Shown here piece after piece: positions 1 to 12,500 of a DNA stretch of 25,538 nucleotides. Made by a program: the position numbers and the translations under genes. The stretch comes from Fidelibacterota bacterium. Lineage in GTDB: Bacteria; Fidelibacterota; Marinisomatia; Marinisomatales; TCS55. The notes below the pieces were generated by a model. That model was given only the letters and a program-made list of their open reading frames with translations, made no database searches and was not told where the DNA came from. The DNA lies in assembly GCA_027251445.1 (NCBI GenBank), contig JAPNQO010000103.1:1-25538 (forward strand), in the 5' to 3' direction. Position 1 is the stretch's first letter. Each line of letters begins with the position of its first letter.

Positions 1-1
1 C

Positions 2-571
2 AGCGCAGATGGCGCTTATTCTGTTTTTGCTGCAGATATGGATAATGATGGCGATATGGATATTGTTTCTGCCTCAGTAAATGATGATGCCATTGCCTGG
101 TATGAAAACGATGGTGCGGCTGATCCTTCCTGGGCAGCTGCGGATATAGCTACCAGTGCAGATGCTACTCGTTCTGTTTTTGTCGCAGATATGGATAATG
201 ATGGGGATATGGATATTGTGTCTGCATCATCAGATGATAATACCATTGCCTGGTATGAGAATGATGGAGCTACAAACCCATCCTGGGCTGCATCAGATAT
301 TTCTACGAGCGCGGATTTTGCAACTTCTGTTTTTGTCGCAGATATGGATAGTGATGGCGATATGGATATTGTTTCTGCCTCAGTAAATGATGATGCAGTT
401 TCTATTTATATAAATAATGGCGCTTCTGATCCATCTTGGTCAGTTAGCGATATTTCAACGGATGCTAATGGAGCTAGAGGTGTATTTATAGCAGATATAG
501 ATAATGATGGGGATTTGGATATTATATCTGCATCTGAGAATGATGATAAAATTGCCTGGTATCAAAATAGC
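2..571 (+). repeat. FG-GAP/VCBS-like beta-propeller blade repeats, 51 aa/153 nt period, about 4 copies visible
   Basis: The motif VFxAD(M/I)DxDGD(M/L)DI(V/I)SASxxDxxIAWYxN recurs with the M/I codon at 38, 191, 344 and 497 (exact 153-nt spacing). DxDxDGxxD is a Ca-binding loop. Confidence 0.9.
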
Positions 572-3500
572 GCGGGTCGGAATGCGCCACAAATAACATC
601 TGTTACGTCTTCACAAGATAATGGTTCTTACGGTGTAGGTACGGAAATACCTATTTTTGTTAATTACAGTGATCAGGTTTTGGTTACAGGTACTCCGCAA
701 TTAACTTTAGAAACAGGAGGTACGGATGCTGTTTTAAATTATGCTAGCGGGAATGGAACGGGGCAATTGCTGTTTACGTATACTGTTGTAGCTGGTCATG
801 CCTCTGTAGATTTGGATTATCAGAGTTCTAGCGCTCTTTCCTTAAATGGGGGAACCATTAAGGATGCACGTGGAAATAATAATAATGCATCATTAGCTCT
901 CCCTGCGCCCGGTGCAGCAAATTCGTTAGGTGCAAATAAAGATTTAGTTATTGATACCAATGCTCCAAGTGTTACGAACGTGACTTCTACCACGGCTGAT
1001 GGTACATACGGGGCAGGGGATACAATAAATGTTTCTGTTACTTTTGATGATACAGTAAATGTAACTACTGGTACAATTGGTTGTGGCGATTTCTTAATAA
1101 GTAGCTTACCGTTTACTGCGCAATATTCTAATGCTGGGCAACCGAATAATTGGGATGTAAGTGGTAGTGATGGTTCTGACATTGCTTATACCTTAAATCT
1201 ATCTCAAGCAACAACAATAAGCGTTACTACCTGTGCAGCATATAGTAATTATGATACTAAACTTCAGATTTTTACTGCCAATGATCTCTGTACACCTGTA
1301 GCAACAAGTTTTTATAATGATGATTATAGCTGTTCCTATAGTGGATTAAGATCCACCTTACCTAGTTGTCAATTAGAAGCAGGACAATATTATATTGTGG
1401 TGGATGGTTACGGAGGTGGAACAGGTAATTATCAAGTAGATATTTCAGTTGTCAGCGGCAGGAATAGTGCTGAAGAAAACACTGCTGATATGAATTTACC
1501 AGGCATGGATGACTACCCGCGCTTTACTAATAACGTTGGGTATGATAGTGATTATGAAATAACAAAACTTCGCGCTGATGGGTATGTTTTTTGGGAAATT
1601 GATGAATTTCTAAATAATAGAGATTTTGATCCTATCTCTACATCACGAACAGGTGGAACAGGAATCCCTAAGATTACTTTAGAAACTGGTGTAGGTGATA
1701 GTTCGGCATATTACGTAAGCGGACATGGTTCAAACACTATTTCATTTCAATATATTATTGCAACCGGTGATTCAAGTAGTGATTTGGATTATCTAAGTAT
1801 TGATGCATTGGATGCAAATAGTGGTACTATTCGAGATGCATCAGGAAATGATGCCTCACTCACATTACCAGCACCTGGTGCAACTGGCTCCTTGGGTGCC
1901 AATAAAAATTTATCTGTGGATGGTTTCGGACCACTTGTATCTAGCGTATCCTCCGCTGCGCCTGACAGCGTTTATAATGTGGGCAGTATCATTCCAATTA
2001 CGATTACATTTAATGAAAATATTATTGTTACGGGGATACCACAGTTAACCTTAGAGACCGGCGCTTCTGATGCTATCGCTAATTATGTGTCCGGTTCAGG
2101 GTCCAATATAATTACGTTTAATTATACTACTGCTGCTGGAGAAAATAGTGCTGATTTGGATTATCAAGATACCACTGCTTTAATACTAAATGGTGGAACA
2201 ATAACTGATTCCCATGGAAATAGTGCAAATTTAATATTACCAGCTCCAGGTGCAGATGGGTCTTTGGGTGCAAATAAGGCAATTATTATTGATGGCGGTG
2301 CTCCTGTAATAAATAATATTACATCTACATCCGTAAATGGAACATATAATTTAGATGATGTTATACCAATTACTGTTGCATTCAGTGAAGCTCTTACTGT
2401 CACGGGAACTCCTCAATTAGAATTGAATACAGGAGGAAGTAGTATAAGTTTTGATGGGAATGGTGATTACGTACGTATGAGTGGATTTAATCCATCTACA
2501 ACAGACTTTACCCTATCTCTTTGGGTAAAATCTAATGCGTACTCTAATTCCAATAAAAATATATTTCAGCAAATGGATGTTAGCGGCAATGGACGGAGTA
2601 TCATATATGTGAAAAATGGATCGAATCAATTTGCAACTTGGTTAGGCGGTGGAGAGCGTTTATCTGGTGTCGTATCAGAAATTAATCGCTGGTACAATGT
2701 GGTACTTGTTCATAATAACTCTGCCAATACCGTTACTTGGTTTATTAATGGGGCCCAAGGAAATACAAATAATAGCAATGTAGAAACAACCATCGGTGAT
2801 TTCTTGCTTGGTGTTCACAAAAACTTTGGTTCATCCTCATATTTTAATGGGCTAATGGATGAAATTTCCATATGGAATAGTCAGCTTGATAGTACTGAAA
2901 TAGTTGCTTTGTATAATAGTGGAGCGTCTATTTCTGCATCAACCAATTCTGGAAATTATACATCTTCCTCTGATCTAATACGCTATTATACCATGGATGA
3001 AGGTTTAGGGAATACTGTTGTAGATCATTCATCTAATGGAGTAAATGGCATATTATATAATAGTACATGGGGCCCTAGTCCACTACGTGGTAATGTTGTG
3101 GATTATACTAGTGGTAGCGGAACAAGCAGTTTAACATTTGAATATACGGTATCCAATGGAGATCGAACTTTAGATCTGGATTATACCCGTCCTGAAGCCT
3201 TATTGTTAAACGGGGGAACGATTAAAGAAGCAAGTGGAAATGATGCTGTGTTAACTATGCCTTTACCAGGCACTGAAGGATCTTTGGGATATGCGAAAGA
3301 TTTTGTTATTGATGGTGCCATTCCAGTTATTTCTAATGTCACTTCATCTACAAATAATGGAGCGTATAGCGTAGATGAAGATATTGTTATTACTATATCT
3401 TTTGATGATGCGGTTACTGTTACTGGTACGCCCCAGCTAACTCTAGAGACAGGAACTACTGATGCGACTGCTGATTATACTAGTGGGACTGGGACAAATA

Positions 3501-6500
3501 CATTAACCTTTAGTTATACTGTTTCTTCTGGAGATACAAGTAGCGACCTTGGATATGTTAGTACTAATTCACTTTTATTAAACAGTGGAACCATGCGTGA
3601 TATATCAGGTAATGATGTAAATCTTACATTGCCTATCCCAGGTGATACTTTATCATTAAGCGGATCGAAAGCATTGGTTGTTGATGGAGTTTCACCAACA
3701 GTTATTAATGTTACTTCTAGTGCGGACAATGGCTCTTATAATGTTGGAGATACTCTGGACATAATAGTTCAGTTTGATGAAAATATGACAGTAGGAACTG
3801 CAAGTTTAGGCTGTGGAGATGTTCTAATAACCAGTCTGCCTTATACACACTCATTCTATAATACTGGACAGGGAAATAATTGGGATGTAAGCGGTAGTGA
3901 TAATGAAGATGTTGCCTATACATTGCATTTATCAGAAGCGACAACAATTTCAGTGACCACTTGTAACAGTGGAACAAATTATGATACTAAATTGCAGATA
4001 TTCACTGCAAATGGTCAATGTGTAGGCACTTCTGCTGGCTATTATAATGATGATTACAGTTGTTCATATAACGGTCTGTATGCTACTCTCCCTAATTGCC
4101 AACTTTCAGCAGGTACATACTATATTGTTGTAGATGGTTATTCAACTAGAAATGGAAATTATACAGTTTCAGTGGAAGATATTACTAGTCGCGCTACAAC
4201 TGAGGTAAGTAATTATGACCCTCAATATGAAATAGATAAACTTTTTAATGATGGGTATCAACAATGGGAAATCCGTGATATTATTGCAGACCAGGATGTT
4301 GATGAGCCAGTGTATTCTTTTTCACGAACAGGTACTGGTATTCCCCAATTAACTCTTGAGACGGGTTCGATAGATGGCGTTGCAACATATTACTCTGGTG
4401 ATGGTAATGATTCTCTTGCTTTCCAGTATATAGTTGGAATGGGTCAGAATAGTAATGATTTAGATTATGTTAGCACAACAGCTCTAGAGTTAAATGGTGG
4501 AACTATTTCTGATGCTGCTGGAAATACAGCCACTCTTACTTTACCAACCCCTGGTGCGCTTAGATCCTTGGGGGCTAATAAGGATATTGTGATTGATGGT
4601 GGTGTGCCGCAAGTGACGAATGTGACTTCATCAGTTTCTGACGGAAATTATATTACAGGTGATGTTATTCCAATTGATGTTGTATTTACAGAAAATGTAA
4701 CAGTTACAGATACACCACAAATACAATTATCTACGGGTGGGTATGCATTAGATTTAGATGGTAGTGATGATTATGCATTTATTCCAAATCATAGTTCATT
4801 ACAATTCGGTACAGGAGATTTTACAGTTTCTGTATGGTTTAAAATAGATGCGATTGGAGCCACACGACAAATCTTTTGTAAAAGAGGAGGTTCTGGAAAT
4901 TATGAAATACAAGTAAACTCTGCTGGAAGACTATCTGCTTGGGCGCCATCAGGATTTTCAGGAAACACTGTTCTTACTGCTAATACTTGGTACAATGTAA
5001 CTCTATCAAGAGTAAGTGGAACCAGCTACTTATATTTAAATGGTATTCTTGAGGCTTCAAGAAGTAATGGTGGTAATCAAAACTCCAGTAATGGGATAAG
5101 TATAGGAAGAGATTCGTATGGAGGAGAAAGATTTAATGGAGACATTGATGAGTTTGCGATTTGGAGTAGTGGGTTATCCGTTGCCGAAGCACTTGCGTTA
5201 TATAATGGTAATGCTTCATTAAATCTATTATCAAATTCAAGTAATTATACTTCTTCTGCAAATCTTGTAATGTATCTACGGTTAAATGAAGGTACTGGCA
5301 ATACTTCTGTAGATGAAACCGGCAATGGCCATAATGCTACTTTAAACAATGGTGCAACTTGGGCAGTAAGCCAGCTTGGTGGTACAGAAGTAGATTATTC
5401 AGTTGGATCTGGTACAGATACAATTACATTTAATTATACAGTTCTAGATGGAAATTTTAGCACAGACCTTGACTATACTAGTACAAACGCATTGGTCTTA
5501 AATGGTGGTATCATCAGAGATAGCGGGGGAAATAATGCAATTTTATCACTACCTGACCCTGGTGCTATTGGATCATTATCTGCAAATAAAAATATTGTTG
5601 TGGATGGGTCTATTCCTTCTATTACAAATGTAACATCAACGGATCCAGATGGGATTTATATCGTTAGTGATACAATAGTTATTGGAGTCATATTTAGTGA
5701 TATTGTTAATGTTACTGGGGTCCCACAGCTATCTCTTGATTTAGGAAATGTAGATGGAGTAGCAAACTACATAAGTGGAACTGGTTCTTCATTGTTAAAT
5801 TTTCAATATGTAGTTGCAGCTGGACATGCTTCTAGCGATTTGGATTACGACAGTACTGCATCACTTGTATTAAATAATGGTGCAATTGTTGACGAATCTG
5901 GTAATGCAGCAGTTCTTGCTCTGCCTGCTCCAGGATCATCTGGTTCACTTGCTTTTGCAAAATCACTACACATTGATGGAATTATTCCAATAATTGATTC
6001 TGTATCTACCTATGCTATAGATGGCATTTACAGTACAGGTGATACAATGGATATTTCTATTTCCTTTAATGAGGTTGTAAATGTTACTGGTATTCCTCAG
6101 CTCAGACTTGAAACTGGTTCGACAGATGTAATGATAAATTATAGAAGCGGTAGCGGATCATCCACGCTTATGTTCAAGTTTACTGTTGGATTAGGAAATG
6201 CAAATAATGATTTAGATTATACGGATACAACTGCATTGATATTAAATGGTGGATCTATAAGAGATGTGTCTGGTAACAATGCTTCATTAAACTTGATTCC
6301 ACCTGGGTCTACTGGTTCACTATCAGCAAATAAAAACTTAGTAATAGATGGGGCTGCTCCTGTTATTAGTTCTGTAACTAGTTCAACTTTAGACTCTACT
6401 TACATTGTTGGAGATACCATAGCAATAAATATTGTCTTTTCTGAGATAGTTACAGTAACCGGTGCTCCAACTCTTACATTGGAAACGGGTCAAGATGATG

Positions 6501-9500
6501 CAGTATTATATTATAATTCTGGCACAGGCACATCAGCGTTAGGGTTTGAATATATTGTAGCATCGGGTCATCTTTCTTCTGATCTTAATTATATTGATTC
6601 TAGTGCTTTTTCACTTAACGGAGGGACAGTACGGGATGTAGCTAGTAATGATACTGAATTATTTTTACCAAGTGTAGACTCAACCAATTCGCTAGCTGGG
6701 AATAAGGCTATAGTAATCGATGGTGTTGTTCCAATTATAAATTCTGTTAGTAGTAATGTAAGTGATAGTTTATATAAGCTTGGAGATACATTAGGAATTA
6801 CTATATTATTTAATGAACCAGTATTTGTTGTTGGATCACCTCAAATTTCATTGGAGACAGGAAATCAGGATGCGATAGTAAATTATACAAGGGGTAGCGG
6901 CTCATCTGTATTAACTTTTAAATACACTGTTGCATCCGGTGAAAGTGCAAGTGACTTAGATTATGTTGGTTCTATTGCCCTCAATTTAAACAATGGAAGT
7001 ATTAAAGATGCTGCGGGTAATAATGTAATATTAACCTTACCTGAACCAGGAGAGAGCGGATCACTTGGTAGTAATAAAGCATTAGTTATAGATGGAATTG
7101 TTCCTACGGTTTTTTCAGTTTCCTCAACTTCAGCTGATTCTGTTTATAAAATTGATGATGTTATTCCAATTCTTATCACTTTTAGTGAAAATACTTATGT
7201 AGATACTACATTAGGTAAACCAAGAATAATTTTAGAGACTGGAGCTCAAGATACCCATGCAGAGTATAGTAGTGGAAGCGGTACCACAGTTCTCAGGTTT
7301 TTGTATACAGTAGCAAACAGTAATATCAGCAATGATTTGGATTATTTAAGTGATAGCGCTCTAGTTTTAAATAATGCAATAATACGTGATGCTGCTGGAA
7401 GCCCTGCTGATCTTTCACTTGCTGTTCCTGGAGCTGCAGGTTCATTAGCTGCAAATAAGAATTTGTTCATTGATGGATTATCACCTTCCATAACTTCTAT
7501 TAGTTCAAATGAAATCGATACAACATATAGTATATCTGATACATTAGAAATTACCGTTACATTTAGTGAAGCAGTCACTGTTAGTGGTGCTCCACAATTG
7601 ACGTTGGAGACAGGCACTTCAGATGCTCTAGCTAACTATTTATCAGGGACAGGCACAAATGTATTAACCTTTCAATATATTGTTGCAAATGGTCATACAT
7701 CTGCAGATCTTGATTTAGTAAGCTCGTCCGCACTAGCTCTGAATGGTGGATCAATTGTTGATGCTGTAGGAAATATAGCTACATTAACTTTACCTGATCC
7801 AGGTTCTGCTGGTTCTTTAGGGGATAATAAAGCAATCGCACTAGATGGAAGTCCTCCATTAGTGTCATTAGCTTTATCTAATGATGGGAATGGTAGTTTT
7901 AAAATGGGAGATACATTAAATATATCAATTGTATTTAATGAAAATGTAATTGTTTCTGGTATACCTCAATTAACATTAGAAACAGGAACAACAGATGAGG
8001 TTGTAGATTATTTGTCAGGCAGTGGCTCGACCACAATTATCTTTAGGTATATTGTTGCCTCAGGAAATGTGAATACTGATCTTGCATATGTAAGTACAAG
8101 TGCACTTGTATTAAATAATGGAAGTATAAAAGATGCTGCTGGTAATAGTGCTACATTAACCTTACCCACACCAGGCGCAAGTAATTCACTTAGTTCAAAT
8201 ATGGATTTAAATGTAGAAGGTGTATTGCCAGCAATTCCAACTGGTTTAATTGCAACACCTGGAGATGCGCAAATCCAGTTGAATTGGACTGCTAATACTG
8301 ATCAAGATCTAGCTTCTTATAAGGTTTATGGAGGAATTTCAAGTAATCCTACAACACTATTAGCAACAGTTTCAGTTGGTACAGAAACGTATACTCAATC
8401 AGGGTTAACTAATGGAACTATTTATTATTATCGTATAGCTGCGGTAGATAATATTGGCAATATGAGTAATTCATCTAGTGATGTTTCAGCTCTGGCTCAT
8501 GATTTAGATGTAGCGAGTTCGCTTAATTTTGATGGAACGGATGATTTTACTACAGTGACCAGTAGTGCTAATTTTAATATTGTAGATGAATTTACTATTT
8601 CCACTTGGATAAAAGCAGATGTATTAAAAAATGCCACGATATTAAATCGAATGCCATATGCAGGAAGTAATGGATATCGATTAAGTGTACGTTCAAATGG
8701 AGAGATTTGGGCATTAGTTGGGTCTGGTGAGACCAATGCTAAAGCAAGTACGGCAGCTAGTTTTTATAGTGCAGGTACAAATTATTTTATTTCTGGAGTT
8801 TATAAAGATGGTCAATATGTCAAACTATATGTTAATGGAAATCTGATCCAATCTGTTACCACAGATATTGAATTTAGTACTGATGTAGCATTAGAATTTG
8901 CACGCTGGGTTAATACGGCAGGTGATGATGAGTATTTTGATGGAAATATTGATGAAATTGGCGTTTGGGATGATGCTTTAACACAAGAAGAGTTGCTTCA
9001 GCTTTATAATGGCGGTGGAAGTACAGATTTAAGATCTAATAGTGGAAACTATAGCTCATCCTCAAATCTGAAAGGATATTGGCGTTTTAGTGAGAGTACA
9101 GGATTTACACTATATGATGTGAGTACGAAAGGACAGCATGCATCTTTTTCAGGAGCGGTTTGGAATACAAGTGTAATAGATGTTTCTGGACCTGTTGTAG
9201 CTTCTGTAAGTGCATCAAATGATAATGGAATTTATGGTATTGGTGATACATTATTAATTAATGTTGGCTTTAATGAAGCAGTAACTGTTACAGGCACACC
9301 ACAGTTAACCGTTGAAACTGGTAGTACTGATGCCGTTCTCAATTATATATCTGGTACAGGTTCAGGCTCATTAAATTTTCAATATATAATTTCTAATGGA
9401 CATGTTAATTCTGATTTAGATTATGTTTCAAATAGTTCATTAGCATTAAATAGTGGATCAGTAAAAGATGCTGCTGGTAATAATGCAGTGTTAACATTAC

Positions 9501-12500
9501 CCGAACCTGACTCTACTGGTTCATTAGCAAATACAAAAGATATTATAGTTGATGGTATTCCTGGTTCAGTTCTTTCTGTATCATCATCATCTAATAATGA
9601 TACATACAAAATTGGCGATGAACTAGTCCTTACAGTTCAATTTAATGAAGTGGTAAATGTAGGAGGAGTTCCTCAGTTAACATTGGAAACAGGTAATATT
9701 GATGGAGTTGCTAGTTATTCTATAGGTTCTGGAACAAATACACTATCATTCGCCTATGCAGTTGTGCTTAATCATGCAAGTGCTGATTTAGAATATAATA
9801 GTACTTCAGCTTTGTCTTTGAATAATGGTACTGTTCAGGACCTTGCTGGAAATAACGTTAGTCTTACATTGCCAACAATAGGAGAAACGGGTTCGTTGGC
9901 TACAAATAAAGCTCTAGTAATTGATGGTGTATATGCAACTGTTGACTCTGTTTCAGCAACAACAGCAAATGGATATTATAAAGCTGGTGACACATTAGAT
10001 GTAACTATACACTTTGATGAAAATGTAAATGTTACTGGTTCTCCACAACTTGTATTAGAAACAGGATCTAATGATGCAACTGTTTATTATTCGAGTGGTT
10101 CAGGATCATCTATATTGTCTTTCCAATACATTGCTGAGGAAGGACATTTAAATACTGACTTAGAATATGTGAGCGCATTATCTCTATCGCTTAATAATGG
10201 ATTAATTCGTGATGTTGCAGGAAATGACGCTACTTTAACTCTTGCTGACCCTGGAGACGCTAGTTCTTTATCTGCAAATAAAGCATTAGTAGTTGATGCA
10301 ATAAGTCCTTCAGTCATTTCTGTATCTTCTTCGGAGTCAAATGGGCTGTATAATATTGGTGACACATTAGAAATAGTAGTTAATTTTCCAGAAGTTGTTG
10401 TTGTAGATACTAGTGATGGATTACCGCAATTAACCCTTGAAACAGGAGCAGCAAATGCAATCGTAGATTATTCAAGAGGTAGCGGGACAAACACATTAAC
10501 TTTTGATTATATTGTAGTACGTGATCATGAAAGTGACGATTTAGATTATATAAATACAACGGCTTTATCACTAAATGGTGGAATAATTAATGATTTATCT
10601 GGAAATAGTGCTGTTTTAACGCTACCGGCTCCAAGCGCATCTGGATCGCTGAGTGCCAATAAGGCTATTGTGATTGATGGTGTTATTCCAACGGTAATTA
10701 GTTCAATATCTTCAAATTTATTAGATGGAACATACAAGATTGGTGATACGCTTGGTATTGCTGTTAATTTTTCTGAAAGTGTTGCGGTAACCGGAACACC
10801 TAAGTTAACCATGGAAACAGGGGTATCGGATGGTATTGCCAATTATGCATCTGGAAGTGGTACAGCTACAATAATATTTAATTATATTGTCGCGCAAAAT
10901 CATATTTCTGATGATTTAGATTATGCAAGTGATTCAGCTTTATATCTAAATAGTGGTACAATTATTGATATAGCTGGGAATAATGCTAATCTAAATCTTC
11001 CAATGCCTGGAACGTCATCTTCATTTAGTGCTAATAAGGCTATTATTATTGATGGTATTATTCCAAGTGTAACAACTGTTTCATCTCCTGATGAAAATGA
11101 TATTTTAACTTTTGGTTCTACTATTGGTATTACAGTAACATTTGATGAAGTTGTTAATATAACAGGAACACCTCAGTTATCAATTGAAACTGGTGCAAAT
11201 GATGCTACTTTAAACTATTCTAGTGGATCAGGCAGTCCTACAATAACATTTAACTATACGGTTGCTGCAGGTCATACAACTAATGATTTAGAATATATTT
11301 CTTCAAGTTCATTAGTGTTAAATGGTGGTGCAATTAAAGATGCTGCTGGAAATAATGCTAGTTTATCAATGGCAGACCCCGGCTCTTCAGGTTCGTTAAG
11401 TTCAAATAAATCATTTGCTGTAGATGGTATTGTTCCTGTGATGACTTCCGTGACTTCTTCTCTAGCAGATGGAAGCTACATGGTTGGAGATACTATTCCT
11501 GTTGCTATTGTTTTTGATGATACTATATATGTAATAGGCAGACCACAGGTATCACTAGTTACTTTAGCTAATAATTCAAGCACCCTAGTGGATTATAGTT
11601 CCGGATCAGGTTCCTCATCGATTATATTTAACTATGTAATTGAAGTAGGTCATGAAAGTAATGATCTTGATTATTCAAATACGACTGCTCTTTCATTAAA
11701 TGGTGGCTCTATAAGAGACATATCAGGAAATAATGCTACATTAACATTGATACCTCCTGGTTCCAATGGATCACTATCAGCAAATAAGACCTTAGTTGTA
11801 GATGGTGGTGCTCCTGTTGTTAGCTCTGTAACCAGTACATATTCAGATGGCACTTATATTGTTGGAGATTCTATAAAAATTAATGTTCTTTTCTCAGAGG
11901 TTGTTACTGTAACGGGAGTTCCAATAATTACATTAGAAACAGGAGATAATGATGTTGTAATTAACTATGCTAATGGTACTGGTACAAATACCATTAATTT
12001 TTCATACGTGGTGTCCGAAGGGGAATATACTAATGACCTTAGTTACATGGATCAAAATGCTTTAGAATTAAATCAAGGTTCAATAAAAGATGCTGCTGGA
12101 AATAACATAGTTTTAACACTTCCAGAACCCGATTCTACTGGATCTTTATCAATCAATAAGTCTTTAGTCGTTGATGGTATTTTACCCTTTGTTAATTCAG
12201 TAACCTCATTGGATTCTAATGGAACTTATATTTTTGGTGATACCATTGACATCGCAATGAATTTTAGTGAAAATGTAAATGTTTCAGGATCTCCACAGTT
12301 GATTCTGGAAACTGGTTCAAATGATGCATCTGTTCCATACATAAGTGGTTCTGGAAGTTCAACATTAATTTTTCGTTACATTGTTCAAAATGGACATTAC
12401 TCCCTTGATTTAGGCTATGAAACTGATAGTTCTTTAGTTCTAAATGGAGGTTCTATCCGCGATCTGGCAGGCAATGGTTCATTGCTTAATTTACCCGAGA

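Larger units (their letters stand above)
584..8224 (+). repeat. First array of 14 copies of a ~124-aa Ig-like repeat (four with nested inserted domains)
   Basis: Consensus PxVxSVTSxxxDGxYxxGDxIxIxVxFxExVxVTGxPQLTLETGxxDAxxxYxSGSGxxxLxFxYxVxxGxxSxDLDYxxxxALxLNGGxIxDAAGNxAxLxLPxPGxxGSLxANKxxVIDG. Uninterrupted copies start at 5612, 5984, 6356, 6728 and 7100 (372-nt period). Confidence 0.9.

Noticed and set aside
38..40. ATG 38 as the start of the giant protein
   Set aside because: The frame is open upstream, the Met is a repeat-internal residue and no signal peptide follows.
2..571. 153-nt periodic repeats as a CRISPR array or DGR template/variable repeat
   Set aside because: They are in-frame coding repeats with no unique spacers, no adenine-restricted mismatch pattern that I could see, and no cas or reverse transcriptase gene in the window.
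1073..5383. In-frame insertions as inteins or mobile elements
   Set aside because: There are no Hint-domain or terminal His-Asn motifs, endonuclease motifs or terminal repeats. The inserts are extracellular binding-type domains.
16..11853. Short minus-strand ORFs in the track (16-246, 820-1182, 2164-2403, 3514-3729, 3717-3977, 7342-7617, 8497-8736, 9421-9609, 10087-10365, 10546-10842, 11671-11853)
   Set aside because: They are antisense shadows of the giant repetitive CDS. Their mutual similarity just mirrors the sense-strand repeats, and they show no independent motifs.
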